From: Candidatus Cryptobacteroides excrementipullorum
Lineage (GTDB): Bacteria > Bacteroidota > Bacteroidia > Bacteroidales > UBA932
Direction of reading: 5' to 3'
Length of the DNA stretch: 64,000 nt
NCBI GenBank assembly: GCA_017695065.1
Contig: JADILZ010000041.1
Coordinates: 1,135-65,134 of the forward strand
The position numbers and the translations under genes were made by a program. A model generated the notes under the pieces. It saw nothing but the letters and a program-made list of their open reading frames with translations, was not told the DNA's origin and searched no databases. Each line of letters begins with the position of its first letter. The first letter of the stretch is position 1. Of the stretch, positions 1 through 9,721 are shown piece by piece.

Positions 1-135
1 AACCTGAAGCGCACACTCCGCGACCACGGCATTTCCCATTCGACCCTCGAGATGGAGACTCCGGCTTCGCGGTGCTGCGAGTATGAGTGCAGCCGGTCAG
101 GGCATGATCATCAGGATATTGAAAATCCACGTTAA
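1..135 (+). CDS. C-terminal fragment of a probable cation diffusion facilitator (CzcD/ZitB-like) transporter; the 5' end lies outside the window
   Basis: Frame 1 reads NLKRTLRDHGISHSTLEMETPASRCCEYECSRSGHDHQDIENPR* to the stop at 133-135. The GIxHxTLEME block followed by a Cys/His-rich tail resembles CDF C-termini. Only 44 residues are visible. Confidence 0.4.
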   Translation, partial: NLKRTLRDHGISHSTLEMETPASRCCEYECSRSGHDHQDIENPR

Positions 136-144
136 CGTATCGAT

Positions 145-1149
145 ATGTTTGTGACAGTATCTGTAATTCTGACAGCGCTTGTTGCAGTCCTTGTCCTTGT
201 CGCCCTGGCGGCTGGGATCCTGTCTCTTTTCGGCTGCAGGTTCAGGCGCGTGTTTGTCCGAGGGCTGTGGTTCCTCCTGCTGCCCGTTCTCCTGTTTTTC
301 TACGGGATGCTTGTCGAGAGGAATATATATAAGGTGTCGGATGTAGAGGTCTCTTCTCCAGGGGTGCCTTTCGGTTTCGACGGGTACCGGATAGTCCAGA
401 TTTCCGACCTGCACCTCGCTTCTTTCCGTTTCAGGCCCAATTCCCTCGAAAGGGCGGTGAAGAAAATCAACTCTCTGGAGCCTGACCTGGTGCTCTTCAC
501 CGGGGATATGGTCACATCGCATCCATCCGAGATGGACGGTCTTGAAGATATACTGTCCGGAATAAAGGCAAGGGACGGCGTACTCTCGGTTCTCGGAAAC
601 CATGACTACTGCATCTACCACAGGTGGGCTTCCGATTCCCTGAGGGCGGAGGCTGTGAAGGAGGTGGTCAGACGCCAGGAGGCGATGGGGTGGAGAGTCC
701 TCATGAACTCCCATGCCGACTTTGTGCGCTGCGGCAAAACAGGGGATTCTTCCGGGCCGTGCGACACCATTTCGGTAGCAGGTGTGGAGAATATTTCTGA
801 GTCAGCCTATTTCCCGTCATACGGGGACCTGGACAAGGCAATGTCCGGTGTCAGGGGAAGTTTCCGTATCCTCATGACTCATGACCCGACACACTGGAGG
901 AAGGCGCTGTCCGGATATCCCTGCATAGACCTCACTCTGTCAGGGCATACACATGCCATGCAGTTCTCTGTCTTCGGATGGTCTCCCTCATCTCTGATGT
1001 TCCCCGAGAACAGGGGCCTGTATTCAGCAGACACCGGCGGGCACGAGAATCTCCTGTATGTGAACATCGGATTGGGCGAGACGGCGATTCCGTCGCGCAT
1101 CGGGACACCTCCCGAAATCACGCTCATCACCCTCCGCCATCGGGAATGA
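145..1149 (+). CDS. membrane-anchored metallophosphoesterase (calcineurin-like, YkuE-type)
   Basis: 334 aa with N-terminal TM helices. Metallophosphoesterase motifs are present: SDLHL, TGDMV, GNHD, GHTH. Confidence 0.85.
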   Translation: MFVTVSVILTALVAVLVLVALAAGILSLFGCRFRRVFVRGLWFLLLPVLLFFYGMLVERNIYKVSDVEVSSPGVPFGFDGYRIVQISDLHLASFRFRPNSLERAVKKINSLEPDLVLFTGDMVTSHPSEMDGLEDILSGIKARDGVLSVLGNHDYCIYHRWASDSLRAEAVKEVVRRQEAMGWRVLMNSHADFVRCGKTGDSSGPCDTISVAGVENISESAYFPSYGDLDKAMSGVRGSFRILMTHDPTHWRKALSGYPCIDLTLSGHTHAMQFSVFGWSPSSLMFPENRGLYSADTGGHENLLYVNIGLGETAIPSRIGTPPEITLITLRHRE

Positions 1150-1185
1150 AGAAGACCGGTACGGGACTTTCTGTCCTGATGTGTA

Positions 1186-2394
1186 TCAGTTCGTTTTCCC
1201 GGGGTATGCCTTAAGTCCTTCAGCCAGGCACTTTATTGCCTTTTCGAGCTCCGGTATTTCGAGAACGTACGCTATCCTTGCATAGTTGGTACCCTTGCCT
1301 GGGGTCTTGAAGAAGGATGCGGCCGGCGTGACCATCGTGGTCTCCCCGTTGTATCGGAACTCCTCGAGCATCCACCTTGCAAATTTCTCGGTATCGTCTA
1401 CCGGCAGTTCTGCCACAGTGTAGAATGCCCCCATCGGCATCGGGGTGTAAACTCCAGGTATCCTGTTCAGGTTCTCTATCATGAAGTCACGTCTCCTGAT
1501 GTACTCGGCACGTACGTCACGGATATACCCGTCAGGTGTGTCGAGGGCTCCTATGGAGGCTATCTGCCCCAGCACCGGAGGGCACAGACGGGCCTGTGCA
1601 TATTTCATGGCCGCCGCCATCACTTCCTTGTTGTGTGACACTATGCATCCTACGCGCACTCCGCACAGGTTGTATCTCTTGGATACGGAGTCGATGAGGA
1701 TGACGTTCTGTCCTGCCCCAGGTATGTTCATTGCCGAGAAATGCGGCTCGTCGGTGTAGCAGAATTCCCTGTAGACCTCGTCTGAGATGAGGAAAAGGTC
1801 ATGCTTTTTCACTATCTCCCCGAGAGCTGTCATGCTTTCCTTGCTGTAAAGGGTTCCGGTAGGGTTGCCGGGGTTGCAGATGAGGATTGCCTTTGTCCTG
1901 TCGGTTATGGCCTTCTCGAATTCCGCCATGTCCGGGAGCTGGAAGCCGTTCCTTATGTCTGTCGGTACAGCCTTCAGGGTGATGCCGTTCATGAATGCGA
2001 ACGTGTTGTAGTTGGTGTAGAACGGCTCGACCACAATGACTTCGTCACCTTCGTCGCAGGTTATTTCGAGGGACATCAGCACGGATTCGCTTCCGGCTAC
2101 CGTCACCAGGAGTTCGGGCACTTCTATATCTATACCTATTTTCCTGTAATACTTCTCTACAAGGCCTTCCCTGAGCTCCATCAGGCCGGCTGAGTTGGAG
2201 TATGAGACATTGGTCCCCTTGAAGTTCCTGACTGCATCCAGAGCGCATTCCGGAGAATTGATCTTGGAGTCAGGCTGTCCCATGTTCAGATGATAGACTT
2301 TCACTCCTTGTTTCTTGGCAGCGTCTGACAGAGGAATCAGCTTCCTTATGGCAGAAGCCGGCATTAGCTGGGCTTTCTGGGAAATTTGTACCAT
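1186..2394 (-). CDS. PLP-dependent aminotransferase, class I/II (aspartate/aromatic aminotransferase-like)
   Basis: Shows the SxSKxxxxxGxRxG lysine motif (SVSKRYNLCGVRVG) and NPGNPTG. The start was trimmed to MVQISQKAQLMPASAIRKL (ATG at 2394) inside the 1186-2430 ORF. Confidence 0.85.
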   Translation of the reverse strand: MVQISQKAQLMPASAIRKLIPLSDAAKKQGVKVYHLNMGQPDSKINSPECALDAVRNFKGTNVSYSNSAGLMELREGLVEKYYRKIGIDIEVPELLVTVAGSESVLMSLEITCDEGDEVIVVEPFYTNYNTFAFMNGITLKAVPTDIRNGFQLPDMAEFEKAITDRTKAILICNPGNPTGTLYSKESMTALGEIVKKHDLFLISDEVYREFCYTDEPHFSAMNIPGAGQNVILIDSVSKRYNLCGVRVGCIVSHNKEVMAAAMKYAQARLCPPVLGQIASIGALDTPDGYIRDVRAEYIRRRDFMIENLNRIPGVYTPMPMGAFYTVAELPVDDTEKFARWMLEEFRYNGETTMVTPAASFFKTPGKGTNYARIAYVLEIPELEKAIKCLAEGLKAYPGKTN

Positions 2395-2496
2395 ATCGAA
2401 TCGTATTAGAATTTTCTTAAACGATGGCAAAGTTAATATTTTTTATATGCGGATATGTTTTTACCCCAAAAAATTCCGGTAGTTTGATATTTTTTT

Positions 2497-2504
2497 TACC
2501 TTTG
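2497..2504 (+). promoter_or_regulatory. Bacteroides-type -7 promoter box (TACCTTTG = TAnnTTTG) upstream of the glutamine synthetase gene
   Basis: Exact TAnnTTTG lies 35 nt upstream of the ATG at 2539. No well-spaced -33 TTTG was seen. Confidence 0.35.
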
Positions 2505-2538
2505 CGCTCGTTCTTAAAAATTTAATCTTGTTCAATCT

Positions 2539-4713
2539 ATGGCTGCATTTAGACAAAGAGCTTTGGATGAGGCCGCTTCCCATACAGCGGAGCGCTTCTA
2601 TGTTGAAAAAGGGCCGGTATCTCATTACTTCGGCCAGAATGTATTTGATCTCGACAAGATGAGAGGATACATGTCCCAGCAGGCCTATGAAGCCGTCTTG
2701 TCTGCAGTGAAGTTCGGAGCAAAGCTTGACAGGAGCGTGGCTAACGAGATTGCTTCCGGGATGAAGTCCTGGGCCATCGAGATGGGAGCTACCCACTACA
2801 CTCACATGTTCCAGCCGCTTACAGACGCCACAGCAGAGAAGCATGAGGCCTTCATTTCGGTGAAGGACGGCAAGGCATTCGAGAAATTCAACGGCAGCGC
2901 ACTTGTCCAGCAGGAGCCTGATGCATCCAGCTTCCCTAACGGAGGACTGCGTAACACCTTCGAGGCCAGAGGCTATTCTGCCTGGGACCCGTCATCGCCG
3001 GTGTTTATCCTTGACGGTACACTGTGCATCCCGTCGGTGTTCGTCTCATATACGGGAGAGGCTCTCGACACCAAGGTGCCGAACCTCAAGTCCCTCCAGG
3101 TCCTCAGCGAGGCAGCCACGGCTGTGGCGAACCTTTTCGACGAGTCTGTCAAGAGCGTGAATGTCAATCTCGGTCTCGAGCAGGAATACTTCCTGATAGA
3201 CGAGTCCCTGTATAACGCCAGGCCGGACCTCGTGCTTTGCGACCGTACGGTTATCGGACATACCTCAGCCAAGGACCAGCAGCTCGAAGACCATTACTTC
3301 GGGGCTATCCCTTCCAAGGTGAGCGCCTTCATGAAAGACTTCGAGACAGAGGCATACAAACTGGGGATACTTCTCCAGACACGTCATAACGAAGTGGCTC
3401 CCAACCAGTTCGAATGTGCTCCGGTGTTCTGCGGCGCCACCAAGGCGATTGACCAGAACATGATGCTCATGATCATCATGCAGAAGGTCGCCGAGAAGCA
3501 CCACCTGAAGGTCATCTTCCATGAAAAGCCCTTCGACGGGGTGAACGGTTCCGGAAAGCACTGCAACTGGTCCATGGTCACAGACACGGGAGTGAATCTC
3601 CTTTCACCGGGGAAGACCCCGAACAAGAACCTCCAGTTCCTGTCATTCTATGCTGCTGTGGTTAACGCTGTCTATGAGCATAATTTCCTGCTGATGACCA
3701 GTGTGGCCACCCTCAGCAATTCATACCGCCTCGGAGGCCACGAGGCCCCGCCTGCGGTCATGTCCATCTTCTCGGGCTCGACTCTTTCCAGCATTTTCAA
3801 GGCAATCGACAACATGGAGACCCTCCCTGAGGCCGAGGCCGGTCTCGAGTCCATAAAGATAGTGAACTCCATCCCTGAGATATTCCCTGACAATACGGAC
3901 AGGAACAGGACATCTCCTTTTGCCTTCACCGGCAACAGGTTCGAGTTCCGTGCCGTAGGCTCTTCGCAGAATGTCGCTTCAGCCACATATATCCTTAATT
4001 CGATTGTAGCTGAGAGCCTCAGGAAATTCCGCAGTGAAGTTGATTCCCTCGTGTCAAAGGGAGAGGACCTCTCTACTGCAGTGATGAATGTAGTGAGGAA
4101 GTTCATACACGATTCGAGGAATATCATGTTCGAGGGGAACGGATACAGCAAGGAATGGGAGGCTGAAGCTGAGAAACGCGGCCTGAGGGCTGTAAGGAAT
4201 GTCCCTGAGGCTTATGAGGTATATCACGAGCAGAAGACAGTGGACCTTTTCTCAAAGCTCGGTGTACTCGCTCCGAATGAGGTCGAGGCCAGGTTTGAGG
4301 TGCTCAACGAGACATACGTGAAGAAGCTCCAGATTGAGGCCAGGGTGATAGGGGACATCTGTCTCAACCATGTCCTTCCTGCAGCCGTAAGGTATCAGAA
4401 CATCCTCATTGAAAACGTGCGCGGGGTGAAGGAGATTTTCGGGGACGAGTACAAGAGCCTCTGTTCTTCCGAGTTCTCGACCCTCAAGAAGATCTCCTGC
4501 CTGACCAATGCCATTTCGCATGATGTCGAGGAGCTCGTGGAGGCACGCAAGAGGGCCAACAGGATAGAGGACATCGCAGAAAGGGCCAAGGTATATTCAC
4601 ATGAAGTAAAGGATCTGATGGACAAAGTCAGATACAGTGCCGACCATCTCGAGATGATAGTTGATGACGAGATGTGGCCTTTGCCTAAGTACCGCGAACT
4701 TCTCTTCATCTGA
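2539..4713 (+). CDS. glutamine synthetase, type III (GSIII)
   Basis: The 724 aa length is typical of Bacteroidetes GSIII. Conserved blocks include GLEQEYFLID, NEVAPNQFE and HEKPFDGVNGSGKHCNWS. Confidence 0.9.
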   Translation: MAAFRQRALDEAASHTAERFYVEKGPVSHYFGQNVFDLDKMRGYMSQQAYEAVLSAVKFGAKLDRSVANEIASGMKSWAIEMGATHYTHMFQPLTDATAEKHEAFISVKDGKAFEKFNGSALVQQEPDASSFPNGGLRNTFEARGYSAWDPSSPVFILDGTLCIPSVFVSYTGEALDTKVPNLKSLQVLSEAATAVANLFDESVKSVNVNLGLEQEYFLIDESLYNARPDLVLCDRTVIGHTSAKDQQLEDHYFGAIPSKVSAFMKDFETEAYKLGILLQTRHNEVAPNQFECAPVFCGATKAIDQNMMLMIIMQKVAEKHHLKVIFHEKPFDGVNGSGKHCNWSMVTDTGVNLLSPGKTPNKNLQFLSFYAAVVNAVYEHNFLLMTSVATLSNSYRLGGHEAPPAVMSIFSGSTLSSIFKAIDNMETLPEAEAGLESIKIVNSIPEIFPDNTDRNRTSPFAFTGNRFEFRAVGSSQNVASATYILNSIVAESLRKFRSEVDSLVSKGEDLSTAVMNVVRKFIHDSRNIMFEGNGYSKEWEAEAEKRGLRAVRNVPEAYEVYHEQKTVDLFSKLGVLAPNEVEARFEVLNETYVKKLQIEARVIGDICLNHVLPAAVRYQNILIENVRGVKEIFGDEYKSLCSSEFSTLKKISCLTNAISHDVEELVEARKRANRIEDIAERAKVYSHEVKDLMDKVRYSADHLEMIVDDEMWPLPKYRELLFI

Positions 4714-4721
4714 ATCTGACA

Positions 4722-5360
4722 ATGTTTAAGGATAGCATCACCACTGAAGATCTCGAGAAGCTGGAACTTGCCAGCTTCCCGGGAAAGATTTTTGTCATCG
4801 ATACCGTGGGCGCCGAGTTCAACAGGGCCATCAACTATCTCAGGAGCCAGAAGATCATAGGCTTCGATACAGAGACACGACCATGCTTCTCTCCTGACCA
4901 GCCGCGTTACGGCGTTGCCCTGCTGCAGCTTTCCGGGCCCGAAAAGGCATATCTTTTCAGGATAAAGAGCATAGGGATGCACCGCAGGTTGTGCAGTCTT
5001 CTCGGAAGTGACAAGGTCATCAAGGTGGGGGCTGCCATCAACGACGACATCCGCGGTCTCCAGCGATACAGGGAATTTGCACCCAAGGCCTTCGTGGATC
5101 TGCAGAAGATGGTCACGGAGTTCGGGATCAGGGACAAGAGTGTGAAAAAGATGACGGCAATTATCCTGGGTTTCAGGATTTCCAAATCCCAGCAGCTTTC
5201 CAACTGGGAGGCTGATACTCTTTCCGAGTCGCAGGAGAAATATGCTGCAACTGATGCCTGGGTGTGCCGCGAGATGTATCTCAGACTCATGCAGGCCAGA
5301 AGGGAAATGTCTGAAAGCAAGGGGATTGTACCCCTTCCAAACCAATCTGATCGGAAATGA
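4722..5360 (+). CDS. 3'-5' exonuclease domain protein (DEDD/RNase D-like)
   Basis: Exo I motif IGFDTETRP is present, followed by LLQLS...YLFR and a YAATDAW Exo III-like motif. Confidence 0.8.
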   Translation: MFKDSITTEDLEKLELASFPGKIFVIDTVGAEFNRAINYLRSQKIIGFDTETRPCFSPDQPRYGVALLQLSGPEKAYLFRIKSIGMHRRLCSLLGSDKVIKVGAAINDDIRGLQRYREFAPKAFVDLQKMVTEFGIRDKSVKKMTAIILGFRISKSQQLSNWEADTLSESQEKYAATDAWVCREMYLRLMQARREMSESKGIVPLPNQSDRK

Positions 5361-6577
5361 CCAAGGTAATTTTGAAAAGGGGGAGGGAAGAGTCCCTGAG
5401 GCGCTTCCATCCGTGGGTGTTCTCAGGAGCCATCGCCCAGATAACAGGGAACCCTTCGGAGGGCGATATCGTCGGTGTGTATTCTTCTGACGGGACTTTC
5501 ATGGCATGGGGGCACTACCAGATAGGCTCTATAGCGGTACGTATCCTCAGCTTCGACTCTGATGTGCAGAGTCCGGACTTTTGGGAGATAATGATAAGGA
5601 GGGCCCTTTCTGTGCGGATTGCCGCAGGACTCGCCGCTGACCCGGAATCCGGTTCCGGGAGAAGCGAGGTGCGCACGGACTGCTACAGGCTTGTACATGG
5701 GGAGGGGGATAATCTCCCGGGGCTCATCATCGACTTCTATGACGGCGTGTGCGTCCTCCAGGCTCATTCAGTAGGGATGTTCCGGAGCAGGAAACAGATT
5801 TCAGACGCTCTCAGGAAAGTGTTCGGGGAGAGCCTGAAGGCCGTCTATGACAAGAGTTCGGGTACCGCCCCTTTCAAGGCCGGGCTTGACCTTGTTGACG
5901 GCTACATGTACAGGAGGGAAGGTTTTTCCTCAGACGAGTCGGCCGTCCTTGAGAACGGGCACAGGTTCATTGTAAACTGGGCATCCGGCCAGAAGACCGG
6001 CTTCTTTCTTGACCAGCGGGAGAACAGGGCCCTTGTGGAGAGGTACGCAAACGGGCGTTATGTTCTGAACCTTTTCTGCTATACCGGCGGATTTTCAGTC
6101 TATGCCCTTGCCGGAGGGGCCAGGCATGTGGATTCCGTTGACAGTTCCGCAAAGGCCATGGACCTTGTAGCCAGGAACGTACGTGAAAACGGATTTGATG
6201 AGAGCTGTCACACGGGATACTGCTGTGATGCAATTGACTTCCTGAAGACATGCCCGGAGGAAAAGTATGACCTTATGGTGGTGGATCCGCCTGCTTTCGC
6301 CAAGCACAGGGGGGCGCTGAAGAACGCATTGAGGGCATATCAGAGACTCAACGCATACGCCATATCCAAAGTAGCGCCTGGAGGACTGGTGTTCACATAC
6401 AGCTGTTCGCAGGTGGTGGATAAGGAGTCGTTCGCCCTTGCTGTCTTCAGTGCTGCAGCACAGACCGGCAGGAGCGTCAGAATACTTGACCGCCTGAACC
6501 AGCCTGCGGACCACTCAGTGAATATCTATCATCCGGAAGGGGAATATCTCAAGGGTCTTCTTCTTTATGTGGAATAG
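5357..6577 (+). CDS. rlmI: class I SAM-dependent 23S rRNA m5C methyltransferase (RlmI-like)
   Basis: PUA-like N-terminus (KRGREESLRRFHPWVFSGAI), then QKTGFFLDQRENR, the SAM-binding region LNLFCYTGGFSVYA and the DPPAF motif. Confidence 0.8.
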   Translation: MTKVILKRGREESLRRFHPWVFSGAIAQITGNPSEGDIVGVYSSDGTFMAWGHYQIGSIAVRILSFDSDVQSPDFWEIMIRRALSVRIAAGLAADPESGSGRSEVRTDCYRLVHGEGDNLPGLIIDFYDGVCVLQAHSVGMFRSRKQISDALRKVFGESLKAVYDKSSGTAPFKAGLDLVDGYMYRREGFSSDESAVLENGHRFIVNWASGQKTGFFLDQRENRALVERYANGRYVLNLFCYTGGFSVYALAGGARHVDSVDSSAKAMDLVARNVRENGFDESCHTGYCCDAIDFLKTCPEEKYDLMVVDPPAFAKHRGALKNALRAYQRLNAYAISKVAPGGLVFTYSCSQVVDKESFALAVFSAAAQTGRSVRILDRLNQPADHSVNIYHPEGEYLKGLLLYVE

Positions 6578-6664
6578 TCCTGTACCAGGTATCATGTTTG
6601 GCATGACAATTGCAATATACTATTGCGGTTTAGGAAATGAAAAGACAAGATTTAGAAAATAAGT

Positions 6665-6695
6665 TTTGTATTTCCGGAAAAAGTTCCTATATTTG
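6665..6695 (+). promoter_or_regulatory. Bacteroides sigma-ABfr-type promoter (TTTG-N19-TATATTTG) for tRNA-Cys
   Basis: TTTG lies at 6665-6668 and TAnnTTTG at 6688-6695 with a 19-nt spacer. The -7 box ends about 34 nt upstream of the tRNA 5' end. Confidence 0.55.
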
Positions 6696-6728
6696 CAGTC
6701 CGTTTTAAGGACGGGATATTTGAAATAA

Positions 6729-6799
6729 GGTGCTATGGCCGAGTGGTTAGGCAATGGTCTGCAAAACCATGCACAGCAGTTCGATTCTGCTTGGCACCT
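6729..6799 (+). tRNA. tRNA-Cys (anticodon GCA)
   Basis: A 71-nt cloverleaf folded by hand. Acceptor GGTGCTA pairs with TGGCACC. The anticodon stem ATGGT/ACCAT carries loop CTGCAAA. The T-arm is GCAGTTCGATTCTGC. No CCA is encoded. Confidence 0.9.
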
Positions 6800-6978
6800 C
6801 GACTTATTGGTTATTAGTTTTAGTGTTATTAATTATGTGGTTAGTATGAGTGGTCCCCGCGGGAGCGGCGACGGCTCATTTTTTTTATATAGTACCATCT
6901 CTACTTTGGATATTTTTCTGTACTCACTGTCAGGGTTGTCGGAAGCGTGGTCATGTCTTGCGGGAGACCCGGCTCCAG

Positions 6979-7563
6979 CTACAGCAGTCCGGCTTCATGG
7001 AACATTTTCCCGTATATTTCCGCTTTCTTTTCCAGCGCCAGAGGGTATGCCCTGGATGTGGATGGCATCCTGTAGAAACGCAGTTCCCTGCCTGATCGGG
7101 TGATATTCAATGGTGTCCACCCTCCTGTTGCAGGCTTTTCACATCCGAAGACGGAGCAGACTGTCTCTGTGGATTTCTCTCCGGTCGTGACCAGTGTCCT
7201 GCAGTCCGGAATCCTTTCCAGGAGCCCCTCCAGGTCAGTTGCCTCCACTATCTGCAGGAATTTGTCCGATGCGTTGTCTTTCAGCCTTATCACTTCCGAT
7301 GCGCTGTCATACAGTGCGATTCCCTTGTCGTTGCAGAATGCGGTGATAGAGTCCTTGTCGAAATGTTTCCTGTCCGGTGCGAAGAAATGCTCCTTGTCGG
7401 AAAAGAAAAGATATCCGACAATCCTCCACATGTCATTAATGAAGTTGGGGTAAAAGAAGTCCATCGACCATTTCTCCCTTTTCGGCGGGAAGCTCCCGAG
7501 CATAAGCACTTTTGCATCAGCCGGCAGGAATGGCTCTAAAGGATGTCTTTCAGGTGTCATCAT
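6979..7563 (-). CDS. uracil-DNA glycosylase superfamily protein (G/U-mismatch or deoxyinosine glycosylase-like)
   Basis: Contains the LMLGSFPP...FFYPNFINDMWRIVG motif block seen in Bacteroidetes UDG-family proteins. The start was trimmed to MMTPERH (7563). Confidence 0.7.
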   Translation of the reverse strand: MMTPERHPLEPFLPADAKVLMLGSFPPKREKWSMDFFYPNFINDMWRIVGYLFFSDKEHFFAPDRKHFDKDSITAFCNDKGIALYDSASEVIRLKDNASDKFLQIVEATDLEGLLERIPDCRTLVTTGEKSTETVCSVFGCEKPATGGWTPLNITRSGRELRFYRMPSTSRAYPLALEKKAEIYGKMFHEAGLL

Positions 7564-7676
7564 TCTTCCTCCTGTTTTATATGAAAATGTGTCAGAAGCG
7601 GCAATATGCTGAGTTGCTTGCATTTTACCCTTTCTGACACACTCTCGTTTATGCGGCACGGATCAGTGACCCGTCC

Positions 7677-9581
7677 TTATTTCAGCTTGTCCCCGTTCAT
7701 CGTTATCAGGAATTCTTCGTTCGATGCAGTCTTTTCAATCCTGTCTTTGAGGAATTCCATCGCCTCCACTGACGTCATGTCTGCCAGGTAGTTACGCAGG
7801 ATCCATATCCTGTTGCTCTGTTCCTGGGTGTACAGGAGGTCATCGCGGCGCGTGCTGCTCAGTGTCACGTCCACTGCCGGGAAGATTCTCTTGTTGGCGA
7901 GTTTCCTGTCCAGCTGGAGCTCCATGTTTCCTGTGCCCTTGAACTCCTCGAAGATAACGTCATCCATCTTGGACCCCGTGTCTGTAAGCGCAGTGGCAAG
8001 AATTGTGAGTGAACCGCCGTTCTCTATGTTCCTGGCCGCCCCGAAGAATCTTTTCGGCCTGTGCAGCGCATTTGCATCCACGCCGCCGGAGAGCACTTTC
8101 CCCGATGCAGGCTGTACGGTGTTGTATGCTCTTGCAAGTCTTGTTATGGAGTCGAGGAAAATGACCACGTCATGTCCGCATTCAACCATCCTCTTTGCTT
8201 TCTCGAGAACCATGTTGGCCACCTTCACATGTCTTTCCGCAGGTTCGTCAAATGTGGATGCAACCACTTCCGCCTTAACGCTGCGTGCCATGTCTGTCAC
8301 TTCCTCAGGACGTTCGTCAATGAGAAGGACGATGAGGTAGGCTTCAGGATGGTTGTCCGCAATCGCGTTTGCAATGGACTTGAGAAGCATTGTCTTACCT
8401 GTCTTCGGCTGGGCCACTATAAGGCCTCGCTGACCTTTCCCTATCGGTGTGAACATGTCCACGACCCTGCATGAGAGGTCATTGTGCCCGTTCCCGAGCA
8501 GGGTGAATTTCTCGTTAGGGAAAAGAGGGGTGAGGAAATCGAATGGAACCCTGTCCCTGATAAAGTCAGGGGTGCGGCCGTTGATGTATTTGATTCTGAC
8601 CAGAGGGAAATACTTGTCGCCTTCTTTTGGCGGCTTGATTTCACCTGTCACGGTGTCGCCTGTCTTGAGTGCGTTGGATTTGATCTGTCCCTGTGATACG
8701 TATATGTCGTCAGGGGAATTGAGATAGTTGTAGTCCGATGATCTGAGGAATCCGTACCCGTCCGGCATGATTTCAAGGACTCCGGTGGCTTCGATTACTC
8801 CGTCGAACTCTATTTTCGGCTGAGGCTGCGGCCGCTGCTGGTACTGTATCGGAAGTCTCTGCTGGTACTGCCTGTCCTGGATGTGCGGCGCCTGGCCGTT
8901 ATTGTTGTTGTACTGCTGCCCGTTGCCGTATTGCTGGCCACCCTGGTTCCTCCTGTCTCTCTGCACAGGCTGCATCTGCTGCTGTTTTGCTGCCGGAATC
9001 TGCTGCTGAGGATTCTGTACCGGCTGCTCTGCCTGCTGCTCGGTCGGCCTGGTGGCTGCTTCACTGTTCTGCTGTTCTGCCTGGCTGCCTGCATTGGCCT
9101 GGTTTTCAGGTTTCTGCTCAGGGCTTTCAGGCCTCTGGGCTTTTGCCTTACGGTTTCTCTTGTCTTCTTTTACCGCTTCCTGCTGTACCGTCTGGGTATC
9201 AGTCTGCTGTCCTTCTGCCGATACGGCAGGCGCTTCTTCCTGAGAAGCTGCTCTCGGCTTGCGTCCGCGTTTCTTTACGGACTTGTCTTCCTGTGATTTC
9301 TGAGGCCTGGATTCAGCTGTTTCTGCCGTCGGATCCTGCTTTGCCGTATCAGGCTTGGAATCAATATTCTGCTCTGATGCGGAAGCGTTCTTGCGTGGCC
9401 TGCCTCTTTTCTTGGCAGGTTTTTCCGGCGCTTTCTGGGAGTCAAGCACAGCTTCCTTGTCCATGATCTCGTAAATGAGAGAATCTTTGTCTTTTTTCTT
9501 CGCCCCTTTGATTCCGAGTTCCGCGGCAATGCCAAGGAGTTGCTCGTCATCCATCTCTTTCAGCTCAAAAATCTTGTGCAT
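7677..9581 (-). CDS. rho: transcription termination factor Rho with a ~210-aa low-complexity N-terminal insertion
   Basis: Canonical Rho core: the OB/RNA-binding region [15 protein letters not shown]-loop [12 protein letters not shown] and the [18 protein letters not shown] block. An insert lies between the N-terminal helix bundle and the OB fold. Confidence 0.95.
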   Translation of the reverse strand: MHKIFELKEMDDEQLLGIAAELGIKGAKKKDKDSLIYEIMDKEAVLDSQKAPEKPAKKRGRPRKNASASEQNIDSKPDTAKQDPTAETAESRPQKSQEDKSVKKRGRKPRAASQEEAPAVSAEGQQTDTQTVQQEAVKEDKRNRKAKAQRPESPEQKPENQANAGSQAEQQNSEAATRPTEQQAEQPVQNPQQQIPAAKQQQMQPVQRDRRNQGGQQYGNGQQYNNNNGQAPHIQDRQYQQRLPIQYQQRPQPQPKIEFDGVIEATGVLEIMPDGYGFLRSSDYNYLNSPDDIYVSQGQIKSNALKTGDTVTGEIKPPKEGDKYFPLVRIKYINGRTPDFIRDRVPFDFLTPLFPNEKFTLLGNGHNDLSCRVVDMFTPIGKGQRGLIVAQPKTGKTMLLKSIANAIADNHPEAYLIVLLIDERPEEVTDMARSVKAEVVASTFDEPAERHVKVANMVLEKAKRMVECGHDVVIFLDSITRLARAYNTVQPASGKVLSGGVDANALHRPKRFFGAARNIENGGSLTILATALTDTGSKMDDVIFEEFKGTGNMELQLDRKLANKRIFPAVDVTLSSTRRDDLLYTQEQSNRIWILRNYLADMTSVEAMEFLKDRIEKTASNEEFLITMNGDKLK

Positions 9582-9721
9582 ATAATAACGGTTATGAGAT
9601 CAGAAATCTGATCAAAATATGTAAATACAGAAAAAATAGTCAATAAAAATGACAGAAATTGCGGAAAAAACCCGCTCAGACTTCGCAAAGATAGGCAAAA
9701 ATATCTGAAAAACAATACCTG

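Noticed and set aside
6800-6978. AT-rich GTTA-repetitive stretch and GC hairpin/T-run immediately 3' of tRNA-Cys, considered as a possible integration scar or att remnant.
   Set aside because: There is no integrase, no duplicated tRNA 3' end and no accessory gene nearby. It is more simply the tRNA terminator region plus the 3' UTR of the convergent glycosylase gene.
6735-7103. ORFs 6735-7103 and 6850-7095 on the plus strand.
   Set aside because: The first starts inside tRNA-Cys, and both run antisense into the UDG-family gene. No motifs were seen.
8810-9550. Several 60-160-aa ORFs on both strands within 8.8-9.55 kb.
   Set aside because: All lie inside the low-complexity insert of rho. Repetitive CAG/CTG-rich sequence keeps alternative frames open.
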